A stretch of 64,000 nt of DNA from Prorocentrum cordatum (GCA_963575745.1 CAUYUJ010000244.1:1-64000); one strand, 5' to 3'. Positions 1 to 15,368 are shown, counted from the stretch's first letter. The notes: generated by a model not told the origin, from the letters alone. Made by a program: numbers and translations.

Positions 1-52
<52 letters not shown>

Positions 53-95
53 GACTACTACTACTACTACCACTACTACTACTATGACTACTACG

Positions 96-154
<59 letters not shown>

Positions 155-180
155 CTTTATTACTGCTACTACTACTACGG

Positions 181-214
<34 letters not shown>

Positions 215-310
215 GAACTACGAACTACTAACTACTAACTACTAACTACTAACTACTACAACCTACTACTACTACTACTTCTACTACTACTGCAACTGCT
301 ACTGCTATTG

Positions 311-350
<40 letters not shown>

Positions 351-352
351 AA

Positions 353-385
<33 letters not shown>

Positions 386-402
386 ATACTACTACTACCA
401 CT
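1..402 (+). repeat. (CTA)n microsatellite
   Basis: Direct reading. Confidence 0.95.
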
Positions 403-862
403 ACACAGCTGGTACCCCACCAGCATTAGCAATGCCCTACCACTGTTGTACTTCCCTTAACCATTACCACGCCCACCACTACCAAAGCACTCTTGTCACA
501 CAGTCTTCGATTGCGAGTTGCTGCGGTTACTCTGGCTACCCTTGCTACTACTACGAAAACCCAGCCGCGGGGATCTCGCTGCGCGACGAGACCACGCATT
601 GCGGGTCCTACAGACCCTACCCTCCAGAGGGCCACTACCAGACGACCAGGGACCGCGAGGGGACCTAGGAAACGCCGTCTAAGGACCGCGAGATAACTAG
701 GGATCGTCGTCTAAGTACTAGGAACGATTAGGGACCGCGAGGTAATTAGGTTACCCAAGGGGGCCCGTCGTCTCGTCCGCCTAGGGACCGTCGCGGTCCT
801 AGGCACCGCGACGAGACGACTAGGGACCGCAAGGTAGGTACGGACCCTTGCGGGGACGCGGC
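403..862 (+). repeat. ~460-bp segment duplicated at ~4018-4475
   Basis: Near-identical direct copies, each following a (CTA)n tract. Confidence 0.85.
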
Positions 863-1429
863 GGAGACTCGCCACACGGGCAGGCAGGGTTCCAGCAAGA
901 TAAACGAGAGCAGCAGTTCTATCGATGCTTCCGAGAAGTCAACTACTTTGCGGAGCCGTTGCAGGACCAGAGCGATTGCGGTAGCCTTGCCCGCCGAGCG
1001 CTTGAGAAGCCAATCGTGTCTGAGCACGTCGGTAAAGGCTTTCACTATTTTTTTGAACACGATCTCGAATGCGCGTTCGCACACGAGGTGTATTTGATTC
1101 GTTCCGAGACGACCTCTCACGATCTCAAGTATGTGTTTGGGCGTTTGGGGTGGGCGGCGGACGCCAAAATCCCGCATGACAAAGGTCAATACCCCTTAGG
1201 GGAAGCATCTCCTGCAGAACGCGTTGAAGAATGATTATATAGGCTTACGCCACATCCGCCGACCCCTCTATAAACTACTGCGCCTCCAGGACTGCATTCC
1301 ACGAGGCTTGTCCGAATCATGACACGGCGCTCGACATCGTTCCTGTTGCCTCAAGTTCAGAATGTGTCAAGTTCAGGGTAGTGTGTGGCACGCTCTGGGA
1401 TGTCCGTTGGGATCTCGTGGCGAGGATTC

Positions 1430-2010
1430 TCGCGGGCCTCTTCGAGGCAGTTTCGAAGGGTCTTGGGGGCCGTTTGGGGGGCTTCTTTTGGGCCTCTTGG
1501 GGGGCTCCTTGGGGCCTCTTGGGTGCCTCATGGGGGCCTCTTGGGGCCGCTTGGGGGCCTCTCGGGTCCTCCGGAGAGCTTCGTTGGGCGGAGCGCTGGA
1601 ATTCGCGGTTCGTGGTCCCTCTCTTGGGCCCTTCTTGGGGCCGTCTTGGTGCTCTTTTGGGCCGTCTAGGGCGCCTCTTGGGCCACGTTGGAGTCTTTGG
1701 GTTGTCTTTGGGGCCTCCTGGGGGCCTCGTGGGCCGTCTTGGGGTGGTCCTGGTGGCCTCGTGGGGGCCTCGTGGACGGTTTTCAACGCCGTGAAGGCTA
1801 ACAAGTTGGATATGCTGAAAATGCACGTTCTCCCAAGGGAATTTGAAGATTGTGGTTTCTTGGGGCTTCTTGGGAGGCCTCCTGGAGGCTTCGTGGGGTG
1901 TCTTGGCGGCCTCCTGGGCCGTTTTGAGCCCATCTTGGGCGTCTTAGAACGATCTTTCGGCGACTTTGGGTTCTCGTGGGCCGTCTTGGCGGCTTCTTGG
2001 GAGGCGTCAA
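1430..2010. repeat. Degenerate ~11-bp GGGCCTCTTGG-type interspersed repeat; relatives at 9860-10680, 12530-12870, 30310-30580, 51280-52060, 52765-53030, 54740-55000 and 59230-59500
   Basis: Recurrent gggcctcttgg / ccaagaggccc units in both orientations. Confidence 0.7.
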
Positions 2011-2067
2011 GTGCTGTCGTGCAGCTCAAGAGCGAGCCCAGGGAGCCCAGACCGCCCCGGGTGAGTT

Positions 2068-4020
<1,953 letters not shown>

Positions 4021-5004
4021 ACAGCTGGTACCCCCACCAGCATTAGCACTGGCACTACCACTGTTAGTACTTCCCCTTACCATTACCACGCCCACCACTA
4101 CAGCAATCTTGCCACACTAGTGCTTCGATTGCGGTTGCTGCTGTTACTCTGGCTACCCTTGCTACTACTACGAAAACCCAGCCGCGGGGATCTCGCTGCG
4201 CGACGAGACCACGCATTGCGGGGCCTACAGACCCTACCCTCCAGAGGGCCACTACCAGACGACCAGGGACCGCGAGGGGACCTAGGAAACGCCGTCTAAG
4301 GACCGCGAGATAACTAGGGATCGTCGTCTAAGTACTAGGAACGATTAGGGACCGCGAGGTAATTAGGTACCCAAGGGGCCGTCGTCTCGTCGCCTAGGGA
4401 CGTCGCGGTCCCTAGGGACCGCGACGAGACGACTAGGGACCGCAAGGTAGTTACGGACCCTTGCGGGGACGCGGCGCGACGTCGTGGACCCTGCAGGCGC
4501 GACGTCTAGGGACTGGGAGACGGTACGGTCGCCCCGCCACGCGTCCCTTGCGGGGACGCCCCGCGAGTCTTAGCCCACAGGCGGAGATCCGCTGCCGTTC
4601 CGGCGAATTGAATTTTTGCAATCCTTGCATTGGTCTGCATGGCTTCGCATTCAATGCGTCAGTGCGTATCCTTGTCAGTCGTGCGTCTCTGCTCCTTCCA
4701 CAATTGTGTTACTTATTCAGTTCATGTGCGGGCCATTTGTGTGTGCGTGCACGCGTGTATCTGTGAGCTTATCAAGGGAAGGGTCAGGGTTTATACAATT
4801 TTTGCGAATCTCACTTTCTCAAACAGCCCAAACCCAGCCGAATAACACGCCACGGCATCCTAAGACCAGCAAACAAATGCCCCGACATTTCATCTGCAAG
4901 CCAGTCAATGCTCCAATGCTTTTCAGCGCTTCCCGACGAGCCCGCAAGCCCCGACCTGCGTGTCATGGAAACGTTCTCACAACCCTGGACCGCGCCATTG
5001 GGGT

Positions 5005-5168
5005 TAGGACGGGCCTGTCCCTCCACAGGAGGAATATTTAAACATATGTTCAAATAGCAACAATTCAGGAGACGATTGTTGATCATTTTGGGGCAAAGTT
5101 TGAATACTGTTTAGAGTCTTTTTGATTTTTCGTCCAAAGTCCGCCTGTAGGAGGACACGCCCGACGTA
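5005..5168. mobile_element. MITE family A (TIR TAAGTCGGGCGTGTCCCCCTACAGGGG)
   Basis: Inverted termini with degenerate 10-bp flanking repeats ccattggggt/acactggggc. An extra right TIR lies at ~5375-5410. Confidence 0.65.
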
Positions 5169-5732
5169 ACACTGGGGCTAAAGACCCTCCCGAGGCAGCG
5201 CAGAAACAGCCCTAAAGCCAGTCCATGGAAACCCCATAATCTTGCTGAGCCGTTTTGGAAGACATTTCGGCCAGGAATATCCAAAAATACTAGTAAAATA
5301 AACAGTCTGGGGACCATTGTTTCACTATTTTTGAGCATTTGGCGAGCAGTTTTGGTGTATTTTTGATTTTTCCGTCAAAAATCCCCCTGTAGGGGGACAG
5401 GCCCGACCTAAACCTTGTCCCGTGCCCCAGCGACTTGTTCAGTCGCTTCGCTTCGCTCATTCCGCCGGCCCGTGCTGTGCCATCCCAGGCGTTTGCCTGC
5501 GCGTTCGTGGCCTCTTGGGGGCCGTCTGGGCGCCTCCTGGGGAATTTTTAGGGGGGGCCTCCTCCCTTCCCCCCTTGCTCCCTCCCTCTCGCCCGTCGCC
5601 CTCGCCCTCGCCTTCGTCCCTGGGGTCTGCCCCGGCGCAGCCGGGGCGACCCTGTCCCGTGCCCCAGCGACTTCTTCTCTCCGTTTCCCGCGCGGGGTGG
5701 GGGGAAGTCGCAAAGGACTGCGTTGCCCATAT

Positions 5733-5863
5733 CTTAGCATCGCTCGGACGTGTGCATTCTTCCTTCGGCGAGGACCATCGAGGAGCATCCTTGATCATTT
5801 GGCGAAAAAAATCACGCACGAAACCGAAAAAAAACAGGGAATGGACGTCCGAGCGATGGCGAG
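5733..5863. mobile_element. MITE family C (TIR CTYGSCATCGCTCGGACGT)
   Basis: Inverted termini. Further copies at 19171-19301 and 46935-47067; fragments at 13235-13630. Confidence 0.75.
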
Positions 5864-6811
5864 CTCACCGTTTCCCGCGCGGGGGGGGAAGTCGCAAAGG
5901 ACTGCGTTGCCTATGTGGTGCAAGTTTTTGTGCCCCGGCCCCGTGGCCGATGGAGTGTGCCCTGGGCTCGGGCGCGACGGCTGCCTGTGCTTCCCCGGGA
6001 ATGCTCTCGGCGGGGCGCGGTTGTCCCCAGGACTCTTGTATGGGGGCCCTCCTCCTCCTAATCCTCCTCCTCCTCCTCCTCTTCCCCCTCCCCCTCCTCC
6101 TCCTCCTCCCCGTCCTCCTCCTCCTCCTCCTCCTCCTCCTCCTCCTCCTCCTCCGCCTCCTCCTCTCCTCCTCCTCCTCCTCCTCCTCCTCCTCCTCCTC
6201 CTCCTCCTCCTCCTCCTCCTCCTCCTCCTCCTCCTCCTCCTCCTCCTCCTCCTGTCCTCCTCCTCCTCCTCCTCCTCCCCCTCCTCCTCCTCCTCCTCCT
6301 CCTCCTCCTCCTCCTCCTCCTCCTCCTCCCCCCTCCTCCCCCTCCTCCTCCTCCCCCTCCTCCTCCCCCTGCCTCCCACGAATTCTGATCGGGAGGGTGG
6401 GGTTCACTTCGCCCGGGAGCTCCCGGGCGAAGTGAGCCCCACCCTCCCCTCTAAGATCGTGGGGGGTAGGGGTAGGGTTCACATGTGGCCCCCTATTTTG
6501 GCTGGCCTCTGGGGGTGGCACGTTTCGTTCTTGCCTGGTGGCGAACCCATTTGGTTCCCGCCCCCACCAGTCAACCCTCAATTCTGCCGTCGCTTGTCGC
6601 TGGAAGGGGCGGGTGAATCCCCGACGGGCCGTCTCCGCCGACGAAGACGGCCCAAGGGGGGGGCGGGATCCGCACCTCCACCTCAAGGCACATGTGTCAC
6701 CGCCTCCAAGTCAAGGCTCCAAAGGCAACCTACCGTGCTTATCCTTCAACACCGCCGGCGGTGACGGGGAGGTCGCGCGGGCGCTTGCATGCGAGATCTC
6801 CCGCGCGGGCG

Positions 6812-7262
6812 GATCCGAGTTCAGCCGACGGCTGAACTCGGACCCAGCTGAACTCGGACCCGGAAAGTCGGGCCTGGCTGAATTCGGACCCAGCTGATCT
6901 CGGGCCTGCTGAATTCGGACCTGGCTGAAGTCGGACCCGGCTGGACCCGGCTGATATCGGACCCGGCTGATCTCGGACCCGGCTGAATTCGGACCCGGCT
7001 GAACTCGGACCCAGGCGTTCTCGCTGCAGCGCGGGCGTCGGTTGGAGTTCATTTGGGTCATAGTTCAGCTGGGCCCGAGTTCAGCTGGCTCCGAGATCAG
7101 CTAAATGCGAGATCAGCTGGGTCCGAGTTCAGCTGGGTACGAGCTTTCTGGGTTCGAGTGTTGGGTCCGAGTTCAGCCTGGGCTCGAGTTCAGCCGGGTC
7201 CGAGATCAGCCCGGGTCCGAGTTCAGTTGGGTCCGAGTACGGTTGGGTCCGAGTTCAGTTGG
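6812..7262. repeat. 16-bp minisatellite in two inverted arms
   Basis: ggacccagctgaactc units (~6830-7012), then gagttcagctgggtcc units (~7045-7262). Confidence 0.8.
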
Positions 7263-7699
7263 TGTCCTTTCAGTGTTTGAAAGATTTGGGGTTCTTGCGG
7301 GAGTCCTCTTGGAGCTCTGTTGGAGGGTTTGGGGTCCTCTTGGGGCTCTTTGGGGGCCACTAACCGGATGCCCCTGATAATACAGCATCCCCTCCTCTTA
7401 ACCCTTGAGAGGTTTATCCCCGGCATAGGTGGTCGGGGGAGAGGGGCGGCGAGAACGAACTTCACTATTGCCGGTGAAAGTACGACTCGAAGTTGCGATC
7501 TTCTTATGTTGAATAGCAACGCTATCACGAACGTTCGGCAGGGATATGGGATTCTCACCATTTCAGTTTTCCTATCGAACGTGTGGCAGGGCCATGGGAT
7601 TCTCAACATTTCAGCTTTCCTGCCGAACGTGTGGTATGGATATGGGATTCTCATCATTTCCGCTTTCCCAAGTTCACGAACGCGTGTAATGAAAATGAA

Positions 7700-8250
7700 C
7701 CGGGGCTGCCAGTCCTCAAAGCAACAAGTTAGCCAGAAAAGTCCCCCCAGCGCCAGATTACGTAAGATTCCACTGGCACCACAAGTGGCTAGATAATCGG
7801 CCCTGTCGTTCAAAAACTGCGCAGTGTGGGACTCCACCTTCTGCCAGATCACGTACTGCGCAAGTTGATCGAGAATGAGGCGCGCATTCAGGGCCAACCT
7901 GATGTTGCACCTGGCCCGAGCCCGCCGCTGTACCACGTTGGCAGCGTCCTCGGAATTCACGAACGCGTGAAATGAGAAAGGACAGGGGCTACCTGCCCAC
8001 GGAAAAGACAGTAGAATAAGGCGATTGAAGCCTGGTGCAGCCAAAAGCTGCCTAAGATCGGCCTGCAGACGGAATGGGAAGCCGAAGAAGGAAATTGCAC
8101 CCCTCAGAAAATGCACCGCCTCAGGAACTTGAAGTACGAGAGTGCAGAACTGCCCAACGCATGTTCGTAACCACCCAACTGGAATATCTGAACACATATG
8201 AATCGGCAGTGCCGCGACTGCCGCATGAAAAGGAAAGGGGCAAGCTGCTT
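7700..8250 (-). mobile_element. Non-LTR retrotransposon (LINE) remnant, RNase H domain
   Basis: Minus-strand 'NSEDAANVVQRRARARCNIRLA...VIWQKVESHTAQFLNDRADYLATCGA' resembles the RNase HI C-terminus (DS.YA...W..V.SH.G...N..AD.LA). Confidence 0.6.
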
Positions 8251-11200
8251 CCTCCTTTTCCGTATAAGGAGGAGGCCGGCCAGCCTTGGATCCAACATCG
8301 CCCCCGACACGCCCAGAGGAAGCCCTCCCTGACGAAGCTCCCTTGTGGTGCGCACGAGATCGTGGATGATCTTTGGCACGTGCAGATGGCCCTGCCGGTC
8401 CTCGCCCCAGTGCGTGGCAGGAGCTGGCGCCACTTGCATTCCCAGCGACAGGCTCTGGGAAGCGGTGCCGAGTGTGATAAGTATCGCTCGGGCATTTCGT
8501 TGCGCCTTGCGAGGGCGACGTGCACGTTCGAGAGGACGGCTGGCCTTTTCGGCGGCTGACGCACGGGCGGCGCACGGGCGACGAATGCGCGACGCACCCC
8601 TTGTCGCGAAGGGGGGGGGGTCAGCACGCCAGTCGTACTACTGGGCCCTAACACGTGGCACTGCAGCCCAGGGTGGCGGCGCCTTTCGCGCAGCAGTCTC
8701 CAGCGGGCTGCAGCCCAAGGCAGCAGCTCATGCACAGCGCTGGTCGCTGCTTCCCCGGCACGTTCTGCTGAGAGCAAGCGAGAGAGGAGCTCCGCGGCAG
8801 GCAGCATCGCTCTCCAGTGCCGAGAATCGATCGTGCATTCGGACTGCGAGGGTGGATCAGCGCCTGGACGTAGAGCAAGTGCCGTTGGGCCGGCTGCACC
8901 TCCTGGAGGTGGCATGGCTGCAGCGAGAGGCTGACGGCCCGTCACTGACGGCCATCATCAGGAGGAGGAGGAGGAGGAGGAGGAGGAGGAGGAGGAGGAG
9001 GAGACACCAGACCATCTGCCGCCTGGCAGCCCGGCGCTTCTCCTTCTTACGTAAACTTTGGGCTCGACGCGCAGTTCTAAGTCTATCCAACAATTGTACA
9101 GGATCATCGCAATTTTCAGCTTTGCCCTGTGCATACTGAGCTCGCTCCTTGTGCAGAGCCGCCGACGCAGGGGGCCGCACAGCCGCAGACATCAACGTGC
9201 CCGCAACCGCAGCAGCCACAGCAACAACATATCGCCGCCTGCACAGCCGCCGCCGCAAGGGAGGGGCCATCAGCAGCTGGTGCGTTCATCTATGTCTAGC
9301 AAGGGGAGGCCCAGTTGGGCAGCTGCACAAACTTGATCGTTGGAGCCAACATGAGTTTGCGAACGCGAGGCAGGCCCGTGGGATTCCAACAATTTCACCC
9401 CTCCAGGGAGGCCCCGACAGAGCGAACGGAGGACCATTGTACACCATACTGCTCCTCTGGTTTCGCACTACCCCCCCTCCATGGCGGCCCCGCAAGAGCG
9501 AGCGGGGGATCACTACACCATGCCATTCCTCAGGCTTCGCGCCCCTCCCACCCCTCCAGGAAGGCCCCTCCAGAACCAGGGTATTGTGATACCGTTTTAT
9601 TTGTCGGACTTCGTGCTCCTCACTCCTCCAAAGAGGCCCGGCCAGAGCGAACAGGGCATCGCCATGCAATGCTATGTATCAGGTCTCGTGCTCCTCCGAC
9701 CCCTCCAAAGAAGCCCCGCCAGAGCGTGCAGGTTATCTCGGTACCACGCGAACAACACATCGTTGACTCGAGTTGCCGAGGCGATGAATTTGTTACCCAC
9801 CCCGAACCCCTAATTTTTTTTTATCCCCACCCTGTGAGCATCAGTGGCATAGGGTTAGCTCCTCATGAGGGCTCCAAGAGAAGCCTTTAAGGAGGCTCCG
9901 AGATGGCGCCCAGCGGGCATCCAAGGCTCCCGAGAGCGCACCAAGATGGCCTCAAGAGGCACCCAAGGGCGCCCCAAAGAGGCCCCCCAAAGGCCCCCAA
10001 AGGCCCCCCAAGAGGCCCCTGCGACCGCCAAGAGGCCCCGCGGCTTTGTGGACCCCCCCCCCTGGGGTTGTAGACCCCCCGCTTGGCCTTGGGCTTGTGG
10101 AACTTACCTTCGGGTTTGTGGAACTCTCCCTTGGGCTTGTGGAATCTCCCCGCGGGTTTGTGGACCCCCCCCCCCCGGGGTTTGCAGCCTCCCCATGGGG
10201 TTTGCGGAATCCCTCGCGGGGTTGTGGAACCGCCCCGGCTTCTGCGCTAGTGGATCCCCCGCGGGTCTGTGGAACATCCCTGGGGGTTGCCGCGTTTTGG
10301 GGCATTTTAGGGCCGTCTTAGGGCTCTCTTGGGCAGCGTCGAGACTCTCTGGGGGGCCTGCTGGCCCGTCTTGGGGCGATTTGTTGGGTCTCCCGAACCA
10401 TCTTGCGCCGTCAGGCCAGCTTCTTAAACCACCTTCGGCTCCCGGGGCCTCTCAGGCCATCTTGGGCCCTCTTAGGGGCCTCCTTGGGGTTTCCGACGCC
10501 CCCCGCCCCGCCAGCCCTGCAAACCGGCCAGCCCAAGGGCGCCCCAAGAGGCCCCCAAAATCTGCAAGCGGCCCGCGCGACCACCAAGGGGCTTCCAGGA
10601 CGCCCGAAGCGGCCTCCAAGAAGCCCATCGAAGAAACCCACAAGAGACATCCCAGGACTCCGGGAGGCATCCGAGAGGCCTCTCCTCTGGCCCTTCTGCT
10701 CGCACTCCTCCTCCTCCTCCTCCTCCTCCTCCTCCTCCTCCTCCTCCTCCTCGTCCTCCTCCTCCTCCTCCTCCTCCTCCTCCTCCTCCTCTTTCTCTTC
10801 CTCCTCCTCCTCTTCCTCCTCCTCCTCCTCCTTCTCCTCCTCCTCCTCCTCCTTATCCGGCTCCACCTCCTCCCCTCCTCCTTCTCCTCCTCCTCCTTAT
10901 CATCATCCTCCTCCTCCTCCTCCTATTCCTCATCGTCCTTCTCCTCCCCCTCCTTCTCCATTTCTTGCTCCATCCTTGCTCCCTCCTTGCTTCTGCATTC
11001 CCTGATCACCGCGACTCGCCTGGGAGATGTTGCCACAAAAACAAATACAATCATATATTTGATTAGTTTCGTAGACCCTTGCCCCAGCATGTGGGCATTC
11101 CGCATGTGCACTGTCAAGCTTTTCTGGTATGAAGCCCATTTGTCTCTTAGCGGCGCACCCCTGCAGCCCTGGACAACATCATGTTGTTTTCGGGCCGCTT

Positions 11201-13758
11201 GAAGCTGATCGATGAGTTATCAATCGTGCGTGCCTAACCACTTGGCAAAGCCCAGAGAGCACGCGACAATGGTCATTACCCAGTGGTTATGTTTATGGAG
11301 GACGATCAATGGAGAGGAAGCGTGTTGCCAAATAACTTCCAGATGTCTAAAGCATGTGTTAAGCATGTTTTAAACATGTGGCAACACATGTTTTAAACAT
11401 ATCCAAGACGTTTTCCCTACTGTTTAAACATGCGTTATTCGATGGCAGGACTGTTAGGATGTCCATGGTCGCTGCATCCACGAGGTTACGTGTCCTCTGC
11501 GGGACGAGCCTAAGGCAACAACAAATCATGGGGTGGCGGGCGCACGCGAAGCGTCAAGGGTTTTGCCCAGCTGGCGCAGAAGCTGCGCAGCAAGGCCAAT
11601 CCACTACAGCAAGCCATGAGAGCAAGGGTGGGCAGCCCTCCCAAGGAGGAGGGGGAGGAGGAGGAGGAGGAGGAGGAGGAGGAGGAGGAGGAGGAGGAGA
11701 GGAGGAGGAGGAGGAGGAGGAGGAGGAGGAGGAGGAGGAGGAGGGAGGAGGAGGAGGAGGAGGAGGAGAGAGGAGGAGGAGGAGGAGGAGGGGTAGGAGG
11801 AGGAGGAGGAGGAGGGAGGAGGGCGGAGAGGAGGAGGAGGAGATGGAGGCGAGGAGTGAGGAGGAGAGGAGGAGGAGCGAGAGGAGAGGAGGAGAGAGGA
11901 GGAGGAGGAGAGGTGGAGGAGGAGGAGGAGGAGGAGGATAGAGGAGGAGGAGGAGGAGGAGGGAGGAGGGAGAAGGAGGAGGAGGGAGGAGGGAGGAGGA
12001 GGAGGTTGGAGGAGGGCGACCCCTACAGTCAACCCGCATAGTAAGGATGGCTGACCTTCCCAAGGGTACGCTTGCATCCTTGCCTCCTCGGTCCATCCCT
12101 GGCCGCTGGCGTTGGCCGCGCCCCGCTCGAGAAGCTTCGACATGGGCGTCCAAGGCCCTTGCATCCTTATCGCGCATCCTTACTATGCCTCCTGGCCCAG
12201 CTGGGACACCTCCCGGCCACTGGCGGACGGGAAACGGACTTTCGCTCCTACTTCGGCCTCGCTACAGGAGGATCACGCGCAGCCTCGCCTCGCCCGCACG
12301 CACGACACGAACACGAAATCGAAACCGATTTCCCGGTGGGGGGTCTCATTTTCATTGCGATCTCACCCCCCAACCTCAACCTGGTTGACTGTAACAAGGA
12401 GGCCTGGCGCGTCAAACGCTTGATCTGTTGCATGTTCCATGAATTTCCCCGCGGGGCCTCGGCCGGTCCCGCCAACCCTGCTCGAAACCTCCGAGTCGCG
12501 GGTCTTCCCGCGGAAGACGGCCCCGTGCAGCGCCTCCAGGACGGCCAAGAATGGCCTCCAGGATGGCTAAGAGGCCACCTCGGCGCCTCCAGGACGGCCA
12601 ACATGACACCAAGACGCCCCAAGGTGGCCCCAAGATGGCCCCAGATGAATCCTAGGCGGCCCAAGAAGCCTCCAAGAGGACACCCACGAGAGCCCGAAGA
12701 AGTCTACATCACATTGGGCGGTCGCTTCTTTTCGCGTTTCCGACTGCCCAAGACGGCCCAAGACGCTCCCGAAATTGCCCTGAGACGGCCCAAGAGACCC
12801 CCAAGAAGTTATCATTACGGCCCAGGGAACCCCTCGGGGCGACCTCCGAGGGCGAAAACGAGCCAAGCTTCGGAGGGAACCAACTATACACCAACACCGA
12901 TCCGGGCCCAGGATCACCCTGGGCCCAGGATCGGTGTATATGCCTTCTTGCGCAAGGCAGGAGGGCGTATACACCGATCCTGGGCCCAGGGTTATCCTGG
13001 CCAGGATCGGTGTTGGTGTATAGCTCAAGACCGACCAGAGAGGTCCAGGAAGCCCCGGGAACCCCCCCGCGAGGCCCCCGGTCGGCGCAGGTCCGGGCAG
13101 GTCAGATCCGAGAGCCCCCCCCCGGAGGGCCCACGGCGCCGACCGGCGCAGGTCGGGCGCGGGCCCGAGCGGGCTCGGACCCGCGCTTGCCGACCCGCGC
13201 GCCGACCCGCGCGCCGACCTGCCGACCTGCGCCTTTGCATGGCTCGGACGTGTGCATTTTTTCTCGGCGAGGACCCTCGAGGGGTATCGTTGTCAGGAGG
13301 GAAAAAAACACACAGACACAATTAATCGACGATCCCCAGGAAAATATGGGAAAATATGGGAAGTGGGGGGGAAGACGAAAACCCAGAAAATATAGGAAAA
13401 TATGGGGGATCATTTTATTTGTGTGTATTTATTTGTGTGTCCCGGTTCCCCTTCACTTTGATCATTTCGCGAAAGACACGCGCGCGAAGCCGAAAAACCT
13501 GCACGGAGAACGGGCACGGCCGAGCGATGGCGAGCTGGAGAGGACCACCCTGGACCATCGAGCAAGCAAAACTCGCGCACGAAGCCGAAAAAAATGCACG
13601 GGAAAGGGACGTCCGAGCGACGGCGAGTGTGCTGACCTTGTGACCTGCGCTGACCTGCGCATCCGAGGGAGCGCGTGACCTGCGCGTGACCTGCGCGGGC
13701 CTGCGACGGGGGGCAGCGCCGGGTGGAGTGCGGATATTTTGCGAGAAATGTCATAAGC

Positions 13759-13923
13759 TTATGTCGGGCGTGTCCCCCTACAGGGGGATTTTCGACGAAA
13801 AAAAATACCCCCAAAATATCCCAAAAAGGTCAAGAAAATACTCCAAAAATAGTCCCCAGACTAGTTTTTGATTATTTTTGGACTATGTTGGGGGTATTTT
13901 TTATCTTTCGTCGAAGATCCCCC
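13759..13923. mobile_element. MITE family A, right end truncated
   Basis: Left TIR ttatgtcgggcgtgtccccctacagggggattttcgacgaaa; partial right TIR tttcgtcgaagatccccc. Confidence 0.6.
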
Positions 13924-14248
13924 GTTCTGAGCCTTCCCCGAAGACCTGCACAGCGTCTCGGACGGCCGGAGGGCTTCTGAGAGGCCCCGTCGCCTTCTGA
14001 GAGGGCCTGCCCCTCTCTCACTGCCCCCATCGTCGCGCGGCCGGTCCTCAGCCGGGCCCGCGCGCGGCTCCCGGCCGGCGGGCTCCTCCTCCTCCTCCTC
14101 CTCCTCCTCCTCCTCCTCCTCCTCCTCCCCCCCACGCACTCACTCCTCCTCCTCGCTCCTCCTCTCCTCCCCTCCTCCTCACTCCTCCTGCATTCCGTCC
14201 TCCTCCTCACGCCCTGGCCTCCTCCTTTCCTCCTCCTCCTCCTCTCAG

Positions 14249-14331
14249 GTTCCAGCTCGTCGGCAGCATACTGAACTTCGGTGCCCTCGTGAACCTCCTG
14301 GGGCACCCGGTCACCAGCGGCTTCACCAGCG
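14249..14331 (+). CDS. SLC26/SulP anion transporter, internal exon 1 of 7 found (FQLVGSILNFGALVNLLGHPVTSGFTS)
   Basis: Acceptor ctctcAG|G after a (CCT)n tract; GC donor at 14332. The translation matches the SulP motif 'FQL..G.L.LG.LV.FLSHPV.SGFTSGAA'. The phase-1 end joins exon 2. Confidence 0.9.
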
Positions 14332-15170
14332 GCGCGGCGCAGGGGCAGCCGAGAGGGAGCGGCAAGTGGACGGAGCAGGAAGAGGGCGAGGAAAAAGAAG
14401 AGGAGGAGGAGGAGGAGGAGGAGGAGGAGGACGAGGACGAGGAGAAGGAGGAGGAGGAGGAGGAGGACACAAGTTGGAGGACGAGAGAGAGAGAGAGGTT
14501 CTGCGGGATGCGGTTTCGCGGTAATCACAGGGAGAAAGGAGGAGGAAGCGGCGGAGGCGGAGGAGGAGGAAGATGAGGAGGAAGAGGAGGACAAGAGCTG
14601 GAGGAGGACGAGAAAGAAAGCGGGTATGCGGGATACGGTTTCCCGGAAGCTGCGGGGGGAACGTCATTCCGAGGGAGTGCAAGAGTCTCGCCATCGACCG
14701 ACATGCGTTCGCTGTCCCCACCCCCACCCCCAGACAGGACCTCCTGGATCACAAGGTCGGGAGTAAGGGCCCTGGCTGGGGCGGGCCGCCATCCTCGTCG
14801 AGTCAGAAGTGCCTCCACTGTTTGTGGGAGGTGTGGTAAATGGGCACCACGAGAGCTGTGAAGCTTGAGCGGCCGTGCCATCGTACCCCCTCCTCTTTGA
14901 AGGACCTCGAGAAGTTGTAGAAGGATGAGGTGCCAGGGTCTCCGCACACGATCTCGGACCCATGGCCCATCCAGGCCCCTTCGGTCCCCCTTGCCTTCTC
15001 AGGCGCCTCACGGTCCAGGCTTCTGTTGTGCCTCAAGAAAGGCACCCCCTGATCTGCGACTTCGAAGCCGCCTCTTTCTGCCTACTTGTGAGCATGCTCA
15101 AAGCAGACCTTGAATGGTGCAACGGTGTAAAAAGGAGGAGGAGGAGGAGGAGGAGGAGGACGAGGAGGAG

Positions 15171-15270
15171 NNNNNNNNNNNNNNNNNNNNNNNNNNNNNN
15201 NNNNNNNNNNNNNNNNNNNNNNNNNNNNNNNNNNNNNNNNNNNNNNNNNNNNNNNNNNNNNNNNNNNNNN
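15171..15270. other. Scaffold gap (100 N)
   Basis: Run of N. Confidence 1.
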
Positions 15271-15326
15271 CCGCTCGTGCCCAACGCGATGCGGCACATA
15301 GACGAACCGAGACACTCATTGGCCCG

Positions 15327-15368
<42 letters not shown>

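Noticed and set aside
14085..14248. (CCT)n as an obligatory polypyrimidine tract
   Set aside because: Present before exons 1 and 7, but exons 2 and 6 are preceded by purine-rich (GGA)n.
14600..15130. Possible TE-derived coding fragment; similar complex islands at 17130-17680, 42240-42660, 54150-54740 and 58760-59190
   Set aside because: No motif I can identify with confidence.
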